Below are positions 56,348 to 64,000 of a DNA stretch of 64,000 nt, piece by piece; within the stretch, counting starts at the first letter, position 1; each line of letters begins with the position of its first letter. Under the pieces are notes generated by a model. It made no database searches, was not told the DNA's origin, and was given only the letters and a program-made list of their open reading frames with translations. The translations under genes and the position numbers were made by a program. The stretch covers positions 1,488,001 to 1,552,000 of the forward strand of contig CP075496.1 in assembly GCA_021613535.1 (NCBI GenBank). The letters are read 5' to 3'. The stretch is from Adineta vaga. Its lineage: Eukaryota > Animalia > Rotifera.

Positions 56348-57405
56348 GTACGTAATATAACATACACTGCTTTATTTGTCGTTTCTTAAGAACCCTTTTA
56401 TTCTAAAGCTTATCTAAAAATATATCTGCTTTTTGTCTATATATTATGTAAGTCAATAGTTCGGTAATAAACGTTTGATGTATCAAAAACAAAATCAAGA
56501 ACTTTTATTACAAAACTCAGGCAGTATATGAGCTCAATATTTTGTAATCAGACAAATGATTTGTAACTTCTAATTTCAAAGGTCAAAGATTCTTTTAGAA
56601 CAAGAAAGACAAACTGGTGAATGAATCTTTATCTTCTAATTTCTAATACAATATGAATGATTTGAAAGACAGCATGGAATATCGAAAAGTCTTTTTTTTA
56701 ATCAGATTCCGGAAAATATTCTTCAGCTAGTTTAATTGTCTTATGGAACTATTCAAGTCAGAAAAACATCCTTCTACTTCAACTCAATCCGATCGCCAAT
56801 GTAAAAAAAGGTCTAATTCATTTCCTTTTCTTTTTCTATTTCGTCAATAATTAACTTCAAAGGGAAATTCATTATTCATCGTAAGATGAATAAATCCTTT
56901 GATGCATTAAATCACCCATATTTTTATCACTTATAATGTACTTTTCAAAAATGTAAGTCATTATATCCTCAAAACTCTTTTTCAATTGGAATAATTTAGT
57001 CGAAATAAGATAAAAACAGAACTTTTTCTTTAAAGACAAGATCAATAGTTGCAAAGAATTGCAATGTCACGCTCTAAAAATTCTCATTATTATAATCATG
57101 TTTCTCCCTTGATCATTTCAATTTTTTTTATATTGTTTTTTTTTTCAACAATGCATTCATCATTGTCATATCGTCTCTCTATGACTTCCAGGAATTTATT
57201 CTGATCATAATATAAATATCTTATTTGAAAAGTTCTCAGCCGAGATAATAATGATAAGATGCAAAACGCTCATCATTCCTAATTACATTATTCGAGATAT
57301 TTTTTCCGTTTTTGATTCTACTAATAATATCTGTTCGAATGGTTTTACTCAATTACGTCTAGAAGACAACAATCTACTCATTTTGTTTTTTTTTAGATTT
57401 TGATC

Positions 57406-58596
57406 ATGTCGTTAACTGAAGAACAAAAACAAATTGTGAAATCTACAGCACCAGTTCTACGAGAAAATGGAAAAGAGATAACTTCGATTTTCTATAAAAC
57501 TCTTTTTGAAAATCATCCAGAATTATTGAATTTATTTAATCAAACAAATCAAAAAATTGGTACTCAACCATTAGCATTAGCAAATACGGTTTATTTTGCT
57601 GCAGAAAATATTGATAATTTAGCAGTTCTTATGCCGCAAGTACGACATATTTCACATAAACATCGTGCTTTAACTGTTCAACCTGAACATTATCCCATCG
57701 TTGGTAAATATTTACTTCTAGCTGTTGCGCAATTTTTAGGAGATAAAGCAACAGACGAGATTTTAAATGCATGGTCAGCTGCTTACAATATCATATCTTC
57801 TATATTTATTAATGTAGAAAAAGAATTATATGCGAAATTTAATCAAGATCCACGTGATCAAGGATTTATTCCATTCACAATTGTGAAAAAAGAACGAATT
57901 GCAAATGGACCTATCGTTGCTCTTGCCTTTCAACGAGTCGATGGTGGAAAGATGTATAAACATCATCCGGGACAATATTTAACGATTCGAATAAAAAAAG
58001 GAAATTATTATCATAATCGACATTATAGTTTAACTCAACCATTCAATGGTAAATCGTATCATATTGCAATAAAACAAGCAAATGATCATGAACTTAAAGG
58101 TCTTGTTTCCAATGAAGTTCTTAATCATTATAGAAAAGGAGATAAAATTCTTGCTACTTTTCCAGCAGGTACATTTCATTTAGTTGAAAATGCAAAGTAT
58201 CATTTATTTATTGCTGGTGGTATTGGTATTACTGTTTTTTCTTCGTTAATTCAAGAATTATATAAAAATGGTAAAGCAAACACAACAACATTAATTCATT
58301 GTGTACCAACAGAAGGACATGCGGCTTTTGCTCAACAGATGCGTTCGATTTTACCACGAAATCAATATCATTTATTAGTACAAGGTAAACATCTTTTACA
58401 AGATCTTATTCGAAATAGTATCAAACCGAATACACATGTTTATCTATGTGGTTCTATACCGTTGATAAATAAAGTTGAAGATTATCTTGCTGAATATGAA
58501 CTTCCATCATCACAGATTCATACTGAAGCATTTCGACCAATACTTGGTTCCATTAAAAATGCAGTTAAAAATCAATCAAATACAAAATCATTATGA
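57406..58596 (+). CDS. hmp: Flavohemoglobin copy 3 (more divergent), intronless CDS
   Basis: MSLTEEQKQIVKSTAPVL, ITSIFYK, SHKHRALTVQPEHYPIVG, PGQYL, RHYSL, GLVSN, AGGIGIT, YLCG. Confidence 0.95.
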   Translation: MSLTEEQKQIVKSTAPVLRENGKEITSIFYKTLFENHPELLNLFNQTNQKIGTQPLALANTVYFAAENIDNLAVLMPQVRHISHKHRALTVQPEHYPIVGKYLLLAVAQFLGDKATDEILNAWSAAYNIISSIFINVEKELYAKFNQDPRDQGFIPFTIVKKERIANGPIVALAFQRVDGGKMYKHHPGQYLTIRIKKGNYYHNRHYSLTQPFNGKSYHIAIKQANDHELKGLVSNEVLNHYRKGDKILATFPAGTFHLVENAKYHLFIAGGIGITVFSSLIQELYKNGKANTTTLIHCVPTEGHAAFAQQMRSILPRNQYHLLVQGKHLLQDLIRNSIKPNTHVYLCGSIPLINKVEDYLAEYELPSSQIHTEAFRPILGSIKNAVKNQSNTKSL

Positions 58597-58918
58597 AATA
58601 AAGGAAGAAAAAACCCATAGACCTCATAGATTATTTATTTATTGTCATTATCTTTCTGTCGTCTGTTTTCGTGACAAATAAATTCGCCATTATATTGGAT
58701 GCTTAATCATAATCTAAGAAATCAAACTACCCTCTCAATCCGATCGATAGACACGATAAGAAGCTATTCAAATGATAATTTCGAAACTCGAAATGTCAAA
58801 TTCATTTTTTGTTCCAAATATTCTTTGCGCCAATTTATGTTTTTAAATGATCGATTAATAATTTCTTCCGTTCAGATCATCTTTTCATTTCATTTCCTTT
58901 CTAAATAAATATCTAATC

Positions 58919-60020
58919 ATGCTCGAGAATCAAAAATCGTTGACAACATTACAACAAGTAACATCCTCCAATGATGGAGCAACAAATTGTTCAAAATGTG
59001 GTGAAAAAATTCTGAATATAATGACAGCAGATGAAAATCGAGTTTATCATCCACATTGTTTCAATTGTTCTGATTGTGGAAAAACTTTAGCCGGAGGATT
59101 TTTCTACAAATCAAAACATCTCAAATCTGATTTAACATTAAGAAATAGTTTAACAGAACCAATTCGTTTTTGTGAAAGTTGCTATAAAAAAATTGCACCA
59201 AAATGGTATGTAGTATTGAATACGAGAGAGGGGAAAATGATTGAAAAGTTTAGTGCTCGATGTCAGAATATTATTGAAGCATCATCGATTGTTTGGGAAG
59301 ATAAAAAATTTCATGAATCATGTTTTACTTGTTGTGGAATTGATAAAAATGGTGTTGAATGTCGAAAGGTTTGATTTGTAAATAAATCTCTTTTTTTTAT
59401 AGAAGAAAATTTTCTAGCCAATGAAAGATGAGTCAGTTTATCCATTGAACAATAAATGGTATTGCAAAACTTGTTTTAATCAATTAAATACTGGTATTAG
59501 TGCAGCTTCAAGAGATATTCTCAGTCAAAAATGTCAGAAATGTTATCGAGAATTTGCTCCCGGATCATTAGTTAGTGAATGTAAGTTTGTTCAATTATGA
59601 TCGATTTCAATTGATTTGTTCCTTAAGACAAAGGAGATTATTATCATCCGACATGTTTTATTTGTTCACAATGTAATTCTTCAATTGCGAGTAAATCATT
59701 TTATCATCAAGCAAAATCCGATGATCGACAGTCCGATATGAAATTTCTCTGTGAAAATTGTCATATTAAAAATGCACAAGAATGCGCCGAATGTAAAACG
59801 AAAATTGTCAGTGGTGAAGCAAGTAAGTTCATCTTGTCTTTATTTAATGGATCATTCAATTTCTCTTCTAGTCGGCTTCGAAGGCAAACAATATCATCAA
59901 ATCTGCTTCATTTGTCAAAATTGTAAGAATGAAATCGGTACTGCACATTTTTTCAAAACAAAAGATGGAAAATATATTTGTCAACATTGTTCACAACAAC
60001 AGGATATTCAAACAAAATAA
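58919..60020 (+). CDS. LIM-only protein with four LIM domains (paxillin/FHL-like), 5 exons
   Basis: Four CxxC...HxxCFxCxxC...CxxC units across exons at about 58919-59204, 59254-59369, 59418-59581, 59629-59822 and 59872-60020. Confidence 0.82.
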
Positions 60021-60521
60021 AAACAGCATTAAAGATTTTGTTCTATTGAATGAAATCCTTGACATCTTCTCTCTTTCTCTTGTCTTTCCAGTTCATTACT
60101 AATAATGTTTCTATATGAATGAGTAGAAACACAAACTAATACTCATTATAAATATGTATCAATACGATAATGTCATGGCCTATATTCATCGTCTTGAAAG
60201 ATCAGAACATAAGCGATATCTTCTTCCTATTCATATTATTGTTTCGATAAGTGTAATGACATTATCTCTTCTCTCTCATTTAACAATCGTTCTTATGAAT
60301 ATAAACATAAAGTATCAAGAGTGAGAAAAAAACGGAAAAATAATAAATATATTTTCTATAAAAACAAACAAACAAACAAACAAATCTTTTTCTTTTTATA
60401 CAAATGACCAATGAAAAAAAAAGTGTTCAGTAAAACGAAGCTATCGACGAGAATTGTTTGTCATAAATAAAACAGAACCGGTATGGCGATGCACCATCAG
60501 ATAGATTTGACGGATGAAATC

Positions 60522-63336
60522 TTATCGTCGAATAAACTCAATTAAAAGCAAGAGAATCATGAAGAGAATCGAAGATTTCATTGAATTTCCATTAGATAAT
60601 GAAATTTTATTTTCATTAATAAAATAATCTTCAATTAATACTGATTTCTCTTGTCGAATGATAAAATTTTCTAATAGAGTTAATGTTACATTCAGATATT
60701 GATCTGTCGTTTGTTTTGAATAAGGTAGAAAATAATTTGTTATCGTCTAGAAGAGAAACAAACGATTCAATTACATCATTAAGATCATATTGAGATATTC
60801 TTACAGGCAAAAGATCAATAGAAATAAGTTCGATATGACTTGGCAGCTGTTCTATACGTAATCGATATAGAATATCCGAATGATCATTAGCTAAAGATAT
60901 GATTAGTTATTTTGATCAAAAGCAAAATGATTGAGATTACTTACAAATCGAATGCTTAGTTTGCCAAGAGAAATGAATACCTGAAATATTTCTTGTTGTG
61001 ATTAGATTAAGTGGTGATAAGATTGACTGAATAGCTTGTTCATCTGTTTGACATGATGGTCGAATACTTCCAGAGATATGAATTGATTCACAAGAACTAA
61101 CATTAAAATAGATTTGAAAAGATTTTTTCAAACGTAATTTGGGAACTATTGGTTTGATATTTAATACATATGTACAATTGAAACGTAAATCATATAATTC
61201 AAATGTATTGTCTTTTGTTGATGCATCACGTCGATAACAACAAGAAAGTACATCGGAATAACATTGAGTTTCAATCCAATGTAAATCATAATGTTCAAGA
61301 CGATAATCGGCTATTTTATTCCACGAAAGATTCGTTTTAATTAAACCATTGATAAAATATGGTTCGGACATACGAAAATTCTTTAGAGTAAATAATTCGT
61401 CTTCATAATTAAACTTCAATGATATTGGTAGACTTGTCTGAAGAGGACTGCCATCAGAACTGATTAATGAACGAATCTATACAATAGAGAGAGAGAGAGA
61501 GAAACAAAAACGATACTTGACTTTTGTTCAAGTAACTACTTACTGTGAATATATAAGACATGTGCGTCGACAAATATGGTATGGTGAATTCTAATGGATA
61601 TAATGATGATGAAACATCAATAGTAGTAACAAATGATGATGGATCATTCTGTGCTTCCCAGGAAATCTATAAAAGAAATGAATAAAATTATTAAAGAAAA
61701 CAAAGATATATATTTGCTGAACAAACTTGATATCCATGAATTGAAAAATTTGGTCTTTCCCAACTAAGAGTAACGTTTAGTTTTGTATTTGATATCAATT
61801 GAAAATCTTTAATAACAAAATTTAGAGGTGATGCGATTGTTGGTAAAGATTTATGTGAATGATTTTCTTGAAAAAAAGAAAAAGAAAATAATCAATTTCT
61901 ATTATTCATCTTTTCAATTATTCTTACTTGAATTTGAACTTAAACGAAATGGTTTTGTCGCTGTTGAAAATGTCGAAAATCCTTGCCGTGTAACTGTAGC
62001 TACACGAAATGTATACCATCGATTATCTCGTTGAATATTTCTTATAATAGCTTTTGTTTGTGAAACTTCTTCTTTGACAAAACCCCATTTTGATATTGTG
62101 TCTTGTTGATAGAGATCAACTTTTGGTAATGTCCATTGAGCTTCAATAACATAGAAAATTGGTTCAATATTATTCATTCCATTGGAATTCCATTTTAATC
62201 GAACAGTTCGTCGACTTTTTCTTTCTATAGCCGTCACATTCGTCGGTTGAGGTATTGTTTCTAGATGAAAAAACATATTCACGTATGTTTTTTTTTCTCA
62301 CATTTATCATTATCTCGCGTGCAATACAAGGCTAATTATGAACAGCTTTTCTTTCCCTTTCAATATGTCAATCATTATTTTATGATGGCATCCGAGACAC
62401 CTGTATGAATCGATCAACTTACCGAAACAATCATTCGCGGGTGAACATGACGATGATGATGATTGACAATCATCTAAAAAGGAATGAGAGTTAATCCGTT
62501 TCTTCGATCTTTATTCCTCACGAGACATCAAATGTCATTTACATTGTTATTTGAAACAATTCAATTTTCTTACCTGTTAAACAATTCGATTGTTGTTCAT
62601 AAAGCTTTTGGACAAAACCACAACTTCTTTGACATTCACCATTTTGTAACTAAGATTAAGAAAAAGAATATAATTTTCATTAACTAAAGTTAATCTATTT
62701 ATTTGTTTCATATCTGCTTTCTTCTATTTCATTCTATCATGAGTGTATATATATATATATACACATATATACAGTTGTCGACATCAAGCGTTCATCACAA
62801 TGAACATATCATCTTTCTTAACTTTGTTTTTTACCATCGATAATGATCTCGACAGATACGAGGTCATGCTTTCGATCAGAGATAGGCAAAAAGAAAGAAT
62901 AACTTACTGTCGAACAGATTGCTTGACAACTTTGGTCATTGGACAGGAGAAGTGGCGGATCCAAATCACATGGGAGTAGACACTAGAATAGACATTAGAA
63001 AAAAACAAGTACAAACAGATCAACTCGTTTGCATACTGATGAGCTAAAAAGAAGAAGGAGAAAAAGAAAATCAGCCGATTTCCGCCTTTAGTCTATGCAA
63101 GTTTGTCGGTCAGTGAGATTTTTTTTCCTTCATAATTCAATTAGTTAGACATTAGATTCTCTATTTCTCATTAGCTCTATATTGTTAGTCGAGTTATCAT
63201 ATGAGACAATCATACGTTTTTCAATCTCCTCCTTCTTTCTATTCATTCAGGGCAATTTACTTACCGAGCTACATGTGATAAGGCGTGGACAACGTTCCCA
63301 GATAGATCGCCATGGTAAAGTTAGTGCATGTGTCGT
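60522..63336 (-). CDS. ANOS1: Anosmin-1/KAL-1-like (Cys-rich box, reduced WAP, FN3 repeats, hydrophobic C-terminus); 5' end not found in window
   Basis: Cys box WERCPRLITCSS|CLLPC...CQAICST|...GECQRSCGFV. First FN3 VRLKWNS...IEPIFYVIEAQW...WYTFRVATVTRQG matches anosmin IEPVIYVVQRRW. Further FN3 exons follow. Ends SSILFMILLLLIEFIRR*. Confidence 0.75.
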
Positions 63337-64000
63337 CTAAAATAAAATCATAATTATTGAAGACATTCAATCGATAGGACAATTCTTTTTGTTTTCTTAT
63401 CGCGTTTTTCTTTCTTTGTCGAAATGATTATTCGTATAATTATAATGTATGTCAATGTGAGATGCGAAAAAAGGCAGTTCGAACAATTGTTAAATGATCA
63501 GTATGAAATTTTAACTTGTTCATTTCATTAATTTAAAATCAACATCATTAGAATGTATGAATGAATGGAAAGTGAAAGACAAGTTCGATTGAGTTTTTCT
63601 ATTTATTTAGTGTCTTGTCATCAGATTGTATATATGATAGACGAGACACCTCATCTATAAAAATAACAAAATGAGAAACGGAAGCACCTGTGTATATGGC
63701 TAACTAACACCTTTCATTTTTATGTTTTTCTTCGACTAATAACTGAAACAAAAATCAAATCTGATATTCTACGAACTAATTTTGTTTGTCTAATGGCTTA
63801 ATTGAGAGAGAGAGAGAGTGAGTGAGTGAGGAAAGTAAATGTACACACCTTGAGGGTTAATTGAACATTTTTTTTCGAATAAAAGATGAAAAGAAAGGTG
63901 TTTAATGTTTTCTATAGTCGATGAGAAAAACAAAATCTTTTCATTAAACAAATGAATTGATCAATATAATCTTCTTCTACTTGTAGATTTTCATCTTTCC

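Noticed and set aside
51068-58596. Bacterial contamination as the source of the flavohemoglobins
   Set aside because: The genes are contiguous with intron-containing animal genes, have the same AT-rich composition, eukaryotic AATAAA signals downstream and TE-laden spacers, and lack bacterial operon neighbours. Read-level confirmation is still advisable.

Overview
AT-rich, gene-dense animal genomic DNA with very short (mostly 50-60 nt) GT-AG introns, most consistent with a bdelloid rotifer (inferred from intron size, base composition and a foreign-type gene embedded among metazoan genes). I can reconstruct about 21 protein-coding genes. In order: Vsx/ceh-10 homeobox, CDK7, Mlx, RFC2, a PTB adaptor, a TARP/stargazin, a 4.5-LIM FHL, PSMD4/Rpn10, cytohesin, an NR1J/HR96-like nuclear receptor, laminin beta, ninjurin, GFER/Erv1, a TMC channel, MRPL12, DCUN1D3, MKK4, three tandem intronless flavohemoglobins, a 4-LIM protein and a 5'-incomplete anosmin/KAL-1. 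The most notable region is the flavohemoglobin (NO dioxygenase) array at 51-58.6 kb. This microbial-type gene family is here amplified and apparently gene-converted, with a Tc1/mariner-type relic and a 17-bp inverted-repeat pair around copy 1. Other points of interest: a 101-nt hairpin that accounts for the excess length of one MRPL12 intron, operon-like gene spacing, an AIY-motif-like site upstream of Vsx, and a DR5 upstream of the nuclear receptor. CDS coordinates span whole genes including introns and were spliced by eye.
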